Assembly: GCA_012026655.1 (NCBI GenBank)
Contig: JAAILG010001183.1
Coordinates: forward strand, 1 to 64,000
From: Hydrolagus affinis
Lineage: Eukaryota
Direction: 5' to 3'
DNA length: 64,000 bases
Positions 26,157-40,700 of the stretch are shown here, piece after piece. The notes under the pieces are model-generated. The model searched no databases. It worked only from the letters and a program-made list of their open reading frames with translations, and was not told the origin of the DNA. A program made the position numbers and the translations under genes. Position 1 is the first letter of the stretch, and the number at the start of each line of letters is the position of its first letter.

Positions 26157-26470
26157 CAATAATATTCCTTGCATTTGATATAGTGCTTTTCACGTCTTCT
26201 AAGAGTCTCAAAGTGCTGCACAGAATATACCGTAAAGTGAATTGACTATATATGTAGGCGAAACCCAACAACCAATTGCACACTGCAGAGTTCCAAAGAA
26301 CAGTTCTGGATTGAAATGATTAACTCAATCTTAGTTTTTTTTCTTGAGGGATTATTATCAGGTATGTGGAGTAAGGAAATTTACCCACAGTTTCACCCTG
26401 CCTGGAATTAAACTCAGATCTCTCCTGCTTATAAGGCAAGTGCTCTAACCACTGAGCTACAGGACTCCAT
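26157..26470 (-). mobile_element. Full-length tRNA-derived SINE
   Basis: Head tggagtcctgtagctcagtggttagagcacttgcc on - strand, conserved core, tcaaatgcaagg(ATT)n tail. Confidence 0.88.
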
Positions 26471-27978
26471 AGGTCTCCATCTTGTTTTTTTTATTCGGTC
26501 TATCTTTATTAATGTAATTTACATCGAAAAATTTGCAACAAGGATTTTTGTGGTGTTTGCCACATTAAACTGTATTGTAATTTGTAACTGTATTGCTGGT
26601 TGTGCTTCAGTGGTACAGCATTCTGGTGCACCATGAAATGGTACCATGTGGGTTTGCAGCAAGATTGCTCACGTGAGGAGATACTGATGTAACCCAGGTA
26701 GTCTGGAAGACTGGGTTGAGTGAGAGCAAGATCCCATCCCATGGAGGTAAAGAGGAAAAATCTCCAAAGCAAATTTAAATGTGCCACTCATGGATACATC
26801 CTCGTGGCTAGTTACGAGTTCAGGAAGATTTCTTTTGGTCCACTGGTGTCTGACATATGCTGTAATCCATCGCCATGCTTAACAGTATCTAAACTAGACA
26901 GTTTCACATGGAGTGCATACCTCCTTCCCAAATTGACGCATCCTGCTTAATTCATTTCAGAAAATATTAGGCAGAGATTGGCAGCAGCTAACCCTACCTT
27001 CCAATTGTCTGTCATCAAAGTGTGTTGGAATACTATGGACCTGCCTAGCTCTGGAACAGCATCACTAGGATCACCACAGAGGACTGATGTGATTCTAATT
27101 AGCAGGATTACATCTTGGAGCCAGTTCGGCACTAGTTGGTCATTACTATTAGTCATCCTACAACTATGCTGCCCTTGCTAAATGGACAGATGAAGAGGAA
27201 GAAATTGTCTGTCTGATGGATTGGGGCACGATGAAATGGAGCAAAAAGACTCCTAGAATAGTTATAGTAAATTGGAAAATGTTCTTGTTTGCTTAATTAT
27301 GATGTGATATGACAAAACATTAAAAACAAATTGTCTGATACAATTCTAAAGTTCAAAATTAAGCCATACGAGGAGAATAAACTTTTTCATATTATGCATA
27401 TTTCATAACAGGAAAGGAAATAGACATTTCTTCAGTGATGTAATGTTCAAAATAAAGACAGTCCAGACACATTAGCACAAAATCCCATTAAGTGAAATCC
27501 AAGTATATGTTTCTGTGTGAGTTACATATGATTCTGAGTGCATTTTAAGTAAAGCTCTCAGTACTTCATAGCCTTTCTAGTTTGAAATCCCGAACATACC
27601 CATGTTTCAATCTGACAACTGATTTCTTGGGGAAAACTTCTAATGCTGAACATTAGAAATGAAATTAGGGAAATGTACTGAAGCAAAGTGCATCTCTAAC
27701 TCGATTTTTTTAAAAAAAACTATAAAAAAATTATCCTAGATATGTAAAGACACCAAAGTCATTTGAGCTTTGAAGCCTAATGGAATAGGTCTTAATATTT
27801 CAAATGTTCAATTTGCAGCACACATACACAACTTTTATTATACTTGTCTTTTTAATTCTGTTACTACTTCAACTGACTTTATAACATGAACTCAGAATGT
27901 CTTGACATTATTACTGAGGACAGATATTTGCCTTTTTTTTAAAAAAAATTATCTCGTCTGCTCTATAGATTTTATCCT

Positions 27979-28290
27979 GGTGCGGTTGGTAGCACTCTCG
28001 CCTCTGAGTCAGATGTTTGTGAGTTCAAGCCCTATTTTGGGACTTTGATCTTATATTCTAGGCTGCATTCCAGTGCAGTGCCTGGGGAAGTACTGCATTG
28101 TCAGCGGTGCCATGCTTCAATGAGTTGTTAAACTGAGGTCCTGTATGTCAGATCAGATAGCTGGGAAACATGGCTTGGCACTATTTGAAAACAGAAAGGG
28201 TTTCTCTCAGTTACCTGACTAGGAATCTTTAAGATTATAAAGTGGTCATGGTTGTTTGTGGGATGCTGATGTGTGCAAACTGGATGCCTA
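27979..28290 (+). mobile_element. DeuSINE-type old SINE
   Basis: ggtagcactctcgcctctgagtcaga...ccagtgcagtg...ctgcattgtcagcggtgcc Deu-domain-like sequence. Confidence 0.75.
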
Positions 28291-28400
28291 CAAATACAGT
28301 TATCGCACTTTACATTAATGTTAAGTATTTTAAGATGCCATATCAAAATAAATTGCATGCTATCAACCAGTGGTTGGCCTGAAGCCGGGCAAGGCATGCA

Positions 28401-28730
28401 ATAATAATATAATAATAATAATATTCCTTGCATTTGATATAGGGCTTTTCACATCTTCCAGACGTCTCAAAGCACTTCACAGAATATACTGTAAAGTCAT
28501 TTGACTGTATATTTGTGGGTGAAACGCGACAGCCAATTGCCCACAGCAGTGTCCCACAAACAGTCATGGATTGAAATGACCAATTTATTATAGTTTTATT
28601 TTGAGGGATTATTATTAGGTGTGTGGATTAAGGAAACTTGCCCAAGGTTTCGTCTTGACCTGCCTGGATTCGAAACACAGACCTCATGCTTGTAAGGCGA
28701 CTGTTCTGACCATTGAGCTACAGGCCTCCA
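28401..28730 (-). mobile_element. Full-length tRNA-derived SINE
   Basis: High similarity to the 26157, 33362 and 44622 copies. Confidence 0.88.
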
Positions 28731-31141
28731 ATGACAATGAGCAATGAACTTGTCAGCCTGCTGATTGGACATTGGACATGTTTTAAACTGCCAGTTAGCA
28801 GGAGATCAGCTTTATTCTAATTTTACTTAACGACATAAACTAGTATCTGCTAACCAGCACTCTATTGAGCTTTGAGCCTAATCATTGTGATGCAATTAAA
28901 AGGGGAAAAGACCAGTCAATATCTTTATTATAGAATTAAATTACACGAGGTAGAACTATGAACAATACAATTAACATACTACAAAATTACATTTTTACCC
29001 ACTGTTTCATTTGTGCTTTGGAATCTATCAGTGTTTCATTACTTTTATTTTGAAAATTTTCCTTAGCACTCAAATACCTAACAAGTATAATCCAAACAAG
29101 CTGCAACTCTTTGTCTTCCTTATTTAAATCGACCAACATTAACATTTTATTTCTCTTTCCTGTACCATATGCTAACACAATTTTTTTTAAATCAGCCTGG
29201 AGCTTCCGATTTCCCAGTTTCTAGCGGGAGATTAAATTCACCAGATTACATTGTTACAAGCATTAAGGCACTACAATGTGTAACATGATCAAAACGGGCG
29301 ACACTCGGCTTGAAATCTGACTCGCTATGTAATCTTTTCTAGGGTCACAGAGGTATAATGTAAAAAAAATCACTACAGGCACTAAAGTAACCAATTAAAT
29401 TTGATACCTCAGCCCTGTGATATGCTGGGGATGTGTTCTGGAAAAGGCATTCTTAGGTGTTGGACCCAATTCTTTTACCTCTAGCAATACAGAAAAGGTT
29501 TTTAATATTTTCAACTGCTAAAATATGTACTTCTCTTTGGGCCAAACGGAGATAGTACACACTGCTCTTAATACCATATGATAGGATTTTATTCCAAGGT
29601 ACAACAATATCACAAAAACTTTAGGGAAAATGCAAGCGCAAACTCAAAAATATGTGCTCTATTTCATAGTCCTCCTTAAATTAACTAAGGATTTTAATAA
29701 CGCATTATACATTGGTCTCCTACATTGCACCAAATAGAGCAAATAGAGAAAAAAAAAGAAAAGGCATTGAAGAATATGATACTAACCAAGTGTGAATTCA
29801 TTGTGGATAACACAGCTGTGCAAGATAGGTACAGCCTGTTTCTATTACTACTGAATTCATCTCAACTGTACACTTTTCACCACATCCTATATAAAGTTTA
29901 CATTCCATTGTTATCGGATTCTTGTGTTATTATGGCTGGACAGTGAAATTAAATCCAAAGCATAAGTTTCCACTTTTCTAATGTAATTCACTGCAAGCTT
30001 TTAAAATTGCCATCTCTTTTCTAGCTCCTGATCCCTTGGCGTCCATTAATTCTGCCACAGATTCATAATGGACCAACTAATCATTCAGAAAACCCTCCTC
30101 ATTAACTGTATTAATTTACACCACTTTAATGGCATTTTGTCAAACTCGTGAGGCCTGCTAAATCTTTTGAGAACACACAGTGGCTACTTTAAACAGATTT
30201 TATTAAATAATGAAAAGCAGTCTGGACAGTGGTTCCTTTGCCTGTCACGACATTTTAAAAAAATCAGTGTGAAGCCAACTGGACCAGCTAAGGTCTTTTC
30301 CGGGTGACTTGTTTCCTGAAAGGTCACCTTCGTAACAGTCGCTCTTCTCCCAGCTTGCTCTCATTACCGCAAGAGGAGGCCAGGATTAATAAAGAAAGAT
30401 TGTAAAACATAGATTCTTGACCAAAATTGGGGACTGAAAGATCATATACCAAACCATTCTTTTGTTTCAATCCAGACCTTACCTACACATTTTAACACAA
30501 AACCGAGGCTAATTGTAGAAACATGTATACGTTTTGTACTTGAATCAATTCCACTTCTTCCCCATTCGTTTTACATACAAACAAAGTTACACTGCAATAA
30601 TCGCAATCCACAGTAAGTAAAGCAGTGCTTTGTAGAATATTTTATATTTTAAATAGTGCAAGTCTATGCTGGTTAATTAACTGCACTGGGCAACTCAAAA
30701 CCGTGTTGGGTTGAACTGTATTAATATGACACATTGAGGTCGAATAGAATTCCTGCTGCGTTTTGCTCTAGTGGAAAAAAAATCAAGTCAATATCCACAG
30801 AATCATTATTGTGCTGGACCTCTCATTTACAGCCCATATCAATATTGGGCAGCCATGCTAAATAACATCTATTAGTCAAGAATTAGTGTTTGAGAATGTG
30901 GAACAATAGAGAATATGGAGAATTGTGTAAAATATTTTAGCAATGTGCTTGCTTCACATTTATATTTCGCATTCTGTATTTCAAGCTGAACATTAAAAAT
31001 GTTAAGATCACTGGCTGATTTAATAACATGGTGGTCACTGACAATAAGCAGTGAAGGAGCTTTAATCATTCTGGGAAAAATTATTGTAATGCAATTTTAT
31101 TTGTTTTGCATTAATACTTTAAAACTGTTCGCAAAACTTAC

Positions 31142-31261
31142 CTTTACATCTGAGGTGTCCCTTTGACAGTTCCGCCACGATTTTGCCACGGAAGAGAATG
31201 TCCGTTCTGGATAGTCAAACTTCCCTTCATTTGCATTGAGGAAAAATATGGTAAAAGGCTC
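31142..31261 (-). CDS. NBEA: Neurobeachin exon, BEACH ([40 protein letters not shown])
   Basis: Manual translation; cttttatag| acceptor, AAG|gtaagt donor; 120 nt. Confidence 0.95.
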
Positions 31262-32011
31262 CTATAAAAGTGAAAAATATATTTATTTTACTAAAAATAT
31301 GGAATGAGTACATTCACAAAAACTGAATAATTTAGCAGAAAAATGGTATTTCTAAATTTAGGAAAATAGAACACATCTGATAGAATATCCCTTGGAACTG
31401 AATACCAGAATGCAACTTTAAGACTAATAATATAGCTTTTGGGAATTATAAATTTCTGCAATTCTGCAATCAAGTTACTTGTGCTGAATTTGTGGTTCAG
31501 ATTTCTTGCTTGCGGTGCTGCACATGCTTTCCTATTTATGGCATGTGACACTGGCTATGGTGCTGCAGGACTTATTTTAGTGTGTGTTTCATTTGCTGCT
31601 GGACTCCTTAATAATAATGATAATCCCTGCATTTGATGTAGCACATCAAATATCACATTGTACTTATCACATTGTTGCAACGTCTCAAAGTGCTTCATAG
31701 GCTATACTGTGGAGTGGATGTACTATGTATTCAGTGGGGAAATGTGACAGCCAATTTGCATACAGCACTGTCCCACAAAATAGCCATGAGTGAGTGACCA
31801 ATTTTATTTGGGGGATTTGTTGGCTAGGACACCAGGAGAAACAGGCTGGCCAGCTATGGGGGTACAAAATCTTTTGGAGTACTTGTAGTATACTTTACAA
31901 TGTCTTTTTAAATGAAGCATCTGGCTATTGAGAAGGTGAGCACGGTCATTCCAATGTATACATAGAGCAATCTGATGTGCAGTGATTAGAGTCTCATTAT
32001 TATTTGTAGTG

Positions 32012-32310
32012 TAGACCTGTAGCTCAGTGGTTAGAGCACTCGTCTCGAAAGACCTGGGTTTGATTCCCGGCAGGGTGAATTTCTTTATTTCACACGCCTA
32101 ATAATAATCCCTCAAAAAAAAGGGAACAAATTGGTCATTTTCAATTCACGACTGTTTGTGGGACACTACTGTCCGCAATTGGCTGCCACGTTTTGCCCAC
32201 AAAATATACAGTCAATTGACTTTACAGTATATTCTGTGAAGTGCTTTGAAACATCTAGAAGATGTGAAAAGTGCTAGATCAAATGCAAGGATTATTATTA
32301 TTATTATATT
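32012..32310 (+). mobile_element. Full-length tRNA-derived SINE
   Basis: cctgtagctcagtggttagagcactcg...cctgggtttgattccc head; (ATT)n tail. Confidence 0.88.
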
Positions 32311-32386
32311 TATGCATTTGTTGTGTCCATCACATGTCAAGATGCCCCCTGGAGAACTATGTCCACTTTGCCTAATTGCACCTTAT

Positions 32387-33011
32387 CAGAGCTGCCGACC
32401 TTCAAGGAAGATTTTCAGGAAGGTTGTAGTAATTTTTCAGGAAGGTTTGTTACATTTTCAGGAAGGATTTTGTTATTGCTTCTATCACTTAAGTATCAGC
32501 CAATAGTTAAGCCAGGGCTCGACATTAACAGGTATCCAGGCACCCTGGAACCTTAATTTTGCGCGTCCTCGATTTACATCCTTGGTTTAAATTTTCAAGT
32601 TTCACTCCTCCAAACAAGGGACCGCATTCATCCGCATTTCCCGCCTATCAGCATCTTTACTACCCTACATGGTCTAGCTGCACTCGTGGATCTACTAGGT
32701 ACTGTGTGTGTGAGCAAACAGCTAGCGTACAGCACTAGGACCCAGTTATGTTGCAATCAACCAGCGACAACGCTTCTCTTTTAGGATTAAGGATAATAAC
32801 ACGCTTCTCTATATAGTATTTCACTTTCTCTTCTCCATTAAACTGATTTCTTCCATCCTCCCCTACTGAACATGAGTAGTGCAAGAGGGATTTATCTTAA
32901 ATTATGAAATGGCAAAAAATCAGAAGTTATTTATCTGGGATCGGGAGGGCGGAAGGGAGCATGTAAAAGCGGAAGGCTTCCACAAAAATAGGGGTGGGGT
33001 TGGCAGCTCTG
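32387..33011. mobile_element. Non-autonomous DNA transposon with 14-bp TIR and 6-bp TSD
   Basis: TIR CAGAGCTGCC(G/A)ACC; CCTTAT on both flanks; three subterminal TTTTCAGGAAGG repeats. Confidence 0.75.
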
Positions 33012-33361
33012 CCTTATGCTTTGGTAGAAATGGAACAATATGAGGATCCATGGGAAATTTACAGTTTATTTATCCAGTTTCTAATGGGGATAGTGGTCGT
33101 AATGAGGATAGTGGTCTAAAATAACGGTGGGAAGGGGAAATGAGTAACTATGTACTGAACGCAAGAAGTTACAATTACTACTACTATGATACAGCAAATG
33201 TGTATGTGCAAATATTGATATACTGTATGTTGGTTGATTACATTTATAGAAATGTCAGAAAATAGTGGGATTAGAATCTACTTGATACAAATTACTATTA
33301 TGTTACAACAAACAGACTGATTAAAACAGCAAATTCTTGCAACTGACCTATCCTGATTCTT

Positions 33362-33675
33362 ATAATAATAATCCTTGCATTTTGATATAGCTCTTTTCAC
33401 GTCTTCTAGACGTCTCAAAGCACTTCACAGAATGTACTGTAAAGTGAATTGACTGTATATTTGTGGGCGAAACACGACAGCCAATTGCGCACAGCAGTGT
33501 CCCACGTCGTGGACGTGGATTGAAATGACCAATTTATTCTAGTTTTTTTTGGGACGGATTATTATTAGGCATGTGGATTAAGGAAACTTGCCTAAGGTTT
33601 CGCCCTGACCTGCCTGGATTCACAGGTCTCACGCTTGTAAGGCAAGTGCTCTAACCACTGAGCTGCAGGACTCCA
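33362..33675 (-). mobile_element. Full-length tRNA-derived SINE
   Basis: Same family; intact head and tail. Confidence 0.88.
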
Positions 33676-36634
33676 AATAACATGCCCCTTCTTTACACCC
33701 ATTTAATGCAGATGAGGAGGAGTCAAGAACTGGGAAAGATTAAAAAAAATGGAAAATTGATCTTACACTTGCAAACACTTGCTCTCTCAAACCATTTGTC
33801 GACGTACAAATAGCAATTGTACAGTGTACAAATGGAGGGAAGAGAATTGGTGTGGAATTACAGAATCATCCTGGAGCTATATCATCCTAAAATGTTTTGT
33901 TAAAACATCAAAAAGCTATCTACATGTAGAATCTAAAGGTTATGTCATTGCCTAATCTGATTTTGTAATTTCATGTCAAACAGCACAATTTAATCGATTT
34001 TATTAGATACGGCTGACTGCCTGCCCAAACCTATAATACAGTTATACTCAGTCCACCAATCTGATTTCTTTGCATTAGCTACAAAGTCTTGCTCTTTAAA
34101 AACACAATGATTTTGATTTTGTTACACTAAAAATTAGACTCAACAACAACATTTTGAAATGTCCCCCTTTTTCATGTCTTGTCAGAGCTAATAATACCAT
34201 TGTTTGAAAAATAGTGTAATATTAACTTATATTTTAACTTATTTGACTAAAAAATAGTTAATTGTTGTACATTTGACCACTTAAATCCTTGCACTGAAAA
34301 TAATTGGCTTCCATGTAACATAGTGCATAGACTATCTTTCTGGATGTGGTGCGTGGGGAGAGTGGGGTAAACTCGTTCTCCTTGTAGCTGAGCTGGCTCC
34401 AAAGTGCTGTCGAATTTGTCAACGGAATCTCACAATCGAGTCACGTGTCTGTGATGGTCTTGGTAATCTGCTCCATACCTGCTAGCATTTTACTTTAAAT
34501 ACATTAACAGTTTTTCAGGTCTCTAACAAGTTTTTCTAAACCTTTAGTATATACTGAAGGAGGTGGGCTACTTTGTTTTTACACAATACAATTAACGACA
34601 AAAGAGTGAATATTTTACAAAGTCTGATTTGAAAAGTATAGAGTTTCCAAGATATTGGCTGTCATTCTCAATGACACATCTTGGAGCTATATAATTTAAT
34701 ATCGCACAAATAGAGAAGCCTGCTGAGCAAATGGGGCAAGTAGGGGAGTAGGATGTTGGCAGGTCAAAGAGTTAAGGGATGATTTGTACATACGTCTGAG
34801 AATCTTGAAATCGATCCATTAGGTAAAAGGGAGCTAGTGGAGCTTGCCAATGCCAAGGATAATGGAGGTACAGAGTTTGTGTGGGCAGCAGCAGAGTTTT
34901 TAATTAATATGATTTTATGAATGGTGGAGCTGGGGAGACTAGTGAGGAAGGCATTGGAATTGAATAATCGAGGAGAAGGGTGACAAATGCTGAATAAGGG
35001 ATAAATTACTCCTCAACTGTTTGTAAAACATTAGTCACATATTGCCTCTCGTGTTCATCTATAACAGTCACTATACTGTTACTGCCTTATAGAAAACTAA
35101 ATTCTGTGAAGTGCTTTAAGACATTTTGAATTGAGACACTCTATCAAATGTATGGTTTCTTAAACTAATATAATTATTTTTATGCAAAAATTTGCGAAAA
35201 GTGACCATTTAAGCAATGTTCAGAATAACTTTCCCTTAATTATCAATTCTTACTTCTCTGAAAGAAAATATTGACTTTGTTATGGTTAGCCAATTAAAAT
35301 ACTTGTGTACTGAATTTGCTCATCCAACTAACTTTTAATAGTTGACATGCAAACACAATAATTAACAGCAATTGTAGCCTGATGATTTATATCAGTACAA
35401 GATCTAGAAATCACACATTTAGGGTCATTAAGGGGCTATCACATCCAGGATCATTAATGGGGAATTTCGTTTCTGATTAGCATTTGTTAAACATCCCATT
35501 GCAGTATTTTAAATAAGAGTAAGGAGTTCTCACAGTCTTCAGGATAATATTCCTCCTTCATTCAAATGATCTAAAAATAGATTAATTGGTCACTCATCTC
35601 ATTGCTGCTAATCTGACATTGTTGGTTCACATTAGCTGGTAATTGTTTGCATAGCATGAGCCACAAAAATTCAGGAATAATTATTTGGAATCAAAAATGC
35701 AATACTTGCTAAAGATGGATTCAAAAAATAACAAAGACTCACTAAGTCACAAATAATAACTCTGTTTGGAAGTAGATCAAGTCAGAGTAGCTTTCCCCGA
35801 TAGTCATTGCAATACACTTCTGCAATGCTAAGTTACTATTTAGTGAATCATACATTTTAAATTCTATTGTGTGATGTTCTTTGAGGTATTTCAACTTGAT
35901 AGTTTGTTATATGTGCACAATTGGCTGCTGTGTTTCACCACAAATTCCTTTTACAGTATATTTTAAAGTGCTTATTACAGTAAGCACTTTGAGACATCTA
36001 GAAGACGTGCAAAGCTCTGTATCAAACACAATAATTATTATTTGTTATATATGTTAAGGTATTTCAGGTTTTATTGTAATCTTACCTAATGATTCACAAA
36101 AAAAGTATTTGTAAATATTTTTATCATTCCAGATTTTTATGAAAGGAATGAAATGTTCTAAAACATGTCTGTCTATATGTCTGTATTGCTTGCTAATACA
36201 GATGGTGCACTTCCATGGTTATATGCCACTGCACATAAAAACAGAAATGTGGGTTTAAACCTGTTATATTTCACTTGCCCGCTTCCCCAATTTCAGCTAT
36301 GCCATTCTTGGGAGTGGTATTCATTAATCCTGATGATTCATTAATCTCCTTAGGTAGGGAGGGAAAAAAATAGCTCATTTCATGCAGCTGTGGAAAGCCA
36401 GATGTTGAATATTGGTGGAGGCCCAGGAACAGGTCACTGTTTTTCCCTTAGCTGGAAAACAGTTCCTTTTTTGGGTGTCAAGGGACCTAATAGAGAGGAG
36501 TGGAAACAGTGGAAAACAATGTATTTTTCAAAATGCATAATTATAGCTTTGCATTGAAAAATAGAATGGGCACGGTTGTAACTGTTCCATCGGAGTGAAC
36601 CATGATTCCATTACAAGCAGAAAAAGATACTTAC

Positions 36635-36775
36635 AATTCTGACAAGCCAGCACAGTGTAGAGGCAGCTGTAGAATAGTGTGTGTTGTAATGATAAGGTGG
36701 CGTTTGATCGTCCTCCCATGTCTCATACCGTTCAGCATAGAAGACTGCACGTTTTGGGTTCAAAGATCCAATAGG
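36635..36775 (-). CDS. NBEA: Neurobeachin exon, BEACH ([47 protein letters not shown])
   Basis: Manual translation; tttcttccctgacag| acceptor, ATT|gtaagt donor; 141 nt. Confidence 0.95.
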
Positions 36776-37554
36776 CTGTCAGGGAAGAAATATTCACAAA
36801 TGGCTGGTATTAGCCTAAAATAGCATCTGGAGAGATAATGTAGCTTTTCTTAAATGAGTTATTTATCATAATTATAGTGATGCACAGCAATATATTTTCA
36901 AATCATCTTCTGTCAGATACACATTATAGAATTTTACTATTTCAACATGTACAAATAACGGCATTTTGTAGATTTTCCAAAATGAATAAATTTTAAATCA
37001 AAAAGAAACCTCGCATCTCAGCAATGGGTATTTTAGTTTCTCCGATTCTATAAACTCTTATACTGTTCCCAAATTGATTGCAGGAAAATGCTCTGCTTTC
37101 AGCTCTCTGCCAATATCACACAGAAGTATGTAGGAGAAGTGTTAGTTAACTTGCCATCAGAATTTGGACATAAGAAGACAAGAATTGCTAGATGAAAGAA
37201 GATCAAGATCGATCCAATTAGCCTTCTACCATCCAGGCAGTTGCATGCACATGTCATGTCCCAAACTGTATCCCGAGATATTATTTCCTAACCTAATATA
37301 TTCTTGCAAGAATCCAACACATTCTGCTTCCACTGTCTCCCTTGGGAGCCTGTTCCATACATTTACTATTCATTTACTTACTGAAGTCATGTTTCTCAGA
37401 TTTGTTTAATTAGTTCCTCTTCCTCATTCCATTAAGCTCATTCCATTCACAGTATATGCAAAACCTAGTTTATCAATAGTCCCACACAATCCATGGTTCC
37501 GTGGGGGTGATTTTTTTGTCCAGATTTTTCCCAAGTCCAAAGCCAATCAAACAC

Positions 37555-37790
37555 AATCTCTCTCAGCAAGTTGCTTGGATCTGGAATGCATTTTCTGAAA
37601 GGGTAGTAGAAGCCAATTCAATAACAACTTTTAAGAGAGAAGGAGATGATATTTTGGGAGGTCAAGATTGCAGGGCTATGGAGAGAAAGAGGGTTAGTGG
37701 GATTGAGTTGGACAGCTCTTTTCGGAATCGGCACAGACACGATGGGCCGAATGGTCTTTCTCTGTGCTGTATGATTCTACAATTCTATGA
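37555..37790 (+). mobile_element. CR1 LINE 3' fragment
   Basis: WNAFSERVVEANSITTFKRE in ORF 37501..37851; gatgggccgaatggtc and (attctat)n tail. Confidence 0.82.
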
Positions 37791-40700
37791 AGCACAATCT
37801 CTCCAATATTTACCTATCCCCACAACTCAAACCTTATCTGCTACCTGCTAGATATTTCTCACCTATTAAAGAGTAAAGAAATTAATGCCTTGTGAGTATT
37901 TGTTCACCAAGCTTGCAGATCTTTATGTGAATAATAATGCCAGTTTATTTTTACAAGCCATTTCTTAAATGAGTCTGGTATCCTGGTTTCAATGACCATT
38001 TCTGGTAACCCTTTTCCACTCTTTAATTACCCCGTGGGTACATAAATAATTCCTGTTGACTGATCTCAAATACTCATTTGTTACCCTGAATTCCTGTCCT
38101 TTTGTTCTGCTGCCCTGGGATACCTGAAATAATTATTTTGGATTCACTTTCTCAATCCCATTTTAAATCATACACATGTCTTCAAAGTCCCCTAGTAAGT
38201 TTTTGGTCTTATATTGATAATATACTGCTCCTTCTCTTCCTAGTTTCAGGTCTCGGCTAATGACCTTTCTGTTCGACCGCCCCTTTGGTCACCTTTCTCC
38301 CCCTCCCCCTGTCTTGGGCCAGGGATTCGTTATTGTGAAGCACTCTGAGATGCCGTCTGGCGTGGAGGGTGCTATATAAATCGAAGCTGTTGTTGTCGGT
38401 GTTGTTTTTTGAAGTCTTCCATACTATGCATAATTCTTGCAATCAACTCACATGTCTATTGGTTCACTTAAGTTAATTTGTATTCATATTTCCCTCTGAT
38501 TTAGATTTTTCTTTCATTTCTAATTGTATCTTGGTTGTAAAGTCAATGTTAGGGCAAATTGAATTCACTCTTATTCTGCCAGCATCTCCATGGAAACTCC
38601 CTCTTCCATGAGTACATACTGTGATTCTAAAAAGAGCAGTTGAAAAATTACTCATGACAATTATTTAATAGCTAATATAGTAACAACGAATAGCATTTTT
38701 AAATTAAAATGGATTCAATATTTGTATCTTTCCTCAATTCAGCATCTTTTTTCCACGTATTGTGCCCTTTTTATTTACATGTAACCCATTTTCACTCTTT
38801 TCTATTTATTTTGATATTTCCTCCTTTGTTTTCCTTTTCTGACTCCCTCGCTTCACCATCTGTTTTGGAAATGGGAGGAATTTTCAAACACATGTTTGTT
38901 TGCCCGAAACTGGCTCAAAGCGGCTTCTTCAGCTGCCAAAGAAATGCCCAGACTGACTGGACCAGCCACACTGGACCAGCCACATACACCAAGTCAAAAT
39001 GCCCACCTCCGCACGAGTGTGGCCTCACCCAGAGAAGCAAACCTGCTCACAAATACTTGAAGAGTTGACTAGAGTCATCAAACTGAAGAACAGCAAGAAC
39101 TCTCAAAGACCTGTGAGCAGATTGCATCAGTGCTCTCAGAAATGGCCATAAACATTGCAACTTTTTCATCTACCTTCATGGAGCAGATTGTTTAATATTC
39201 TGTCAATATTAGCTTTGTGACTGGTATTTGCTCTGCATTAAACTAATTAATTTCCAGAAGCTGTATTCGCATGCATCGCGTATGTTGTTTAAGAGTCACA
39301 CACAGTGTACTGAAGGTGCACACTATATAGACAAGAATTATCTCCAGACATACGCAGTATAATAGGTTAACAATCAGAATAATGAGTTTACCACAAGATA
39401 CTATCTAAAAAATGTAGCATTTTTAAACATGTATTTTAAACCACAAATCTTTTGAAATATTACCAAAGCTCTTAATTGACATTTTTAGCGTGTCTCTTTA
39501 TCCACCGGGTCTGGGTTATGTCCGGTGCTTGACAACTAAATCCTGCATTACAGAATTGCTCAACATGTCTGTGTTTTCCAATGATGTCACATGAATCAGA
39601 AACAACCTCTCACATATTTGGATATTAAGATAAAAATATCCAATAGGACAAACCTCACAGGGTGTTATGTGACATTTAGCAGAAAACTATCATATTTTTC
39701 TTAAAATTACATTTTGAAAGATGTTTTAAGGACAGACTTGTACTGAACCACTGATTTAATCATACTTTATTTGGGAAATCGGAAAGTATAGTTCTGTTTC
39801 TACAGAATAGGCAAAAACATAAAAATGCTAATTGCAAAAGCAACTTTGATTGTGACCTTTTAAGTCTGGGCCTTAAAAGGCCTTATTCAGGTCCTCTAGG
39901 GAATATCACAGGTTCCTTATACTCTGCATTATTTTCAATGCAATTCTACTAGGTGACCTTAATATTTGAAATGGATCTGTTGTTTTTAAATTAGCATAAT
40001 TATTTTATTTTTAAAAATATTTTACATAATAATATTGCAATCTTAATACAATACACATGACCAGAGACCATTTGATGCAAATTGTACTTTACAACATTTT
40101 TAACACATTTTATATTGAGGAACTATCAAAGATCTATATTAAAACCAGCTTCCATATCATGTTACCAGCTCTTACAAACTTTCCACGTAGCAGTTCGCAA
40201 CCCACCCCCATACTTCAAAAGCTTAGAAAGCAAATCGACATAATACATTCATATATTATCTCAAATGATCCTGAGACTGAAGCAGGGATTTGCAATGAGG
40301 ATGATATATGATATATTATATATATTTTGAAGTCACTTGGAACAATTCTACACTAGATATAAATATAATGTTTACCATGATTTGTTTTACTGTATTTTCC
40401 AACTTGCCAATTTTAAGAATCTCAGTAGCTACAATGATAAGAGTATCAGATTACCAGTCAAAAGACATCAGTTAGAATTCCATAAAGGATGATTTTCACA
40501 AGTCTCGAGATAGGTTTTCTGTGAAAGCAATGAAAATTGCTCAGGGATTCCTTCACCCACTCATCAAGCACACCCGCTTGCATGCCAAGCACATAATAAC
40601 ATTGTCAACATCCACAGAAATGTCTGATGACTGGTCAGTCTAATCTCCCAACTACACTGGCTAATGTGGAGATAAAATGATAGGTCAGATGAGAGGGAAA

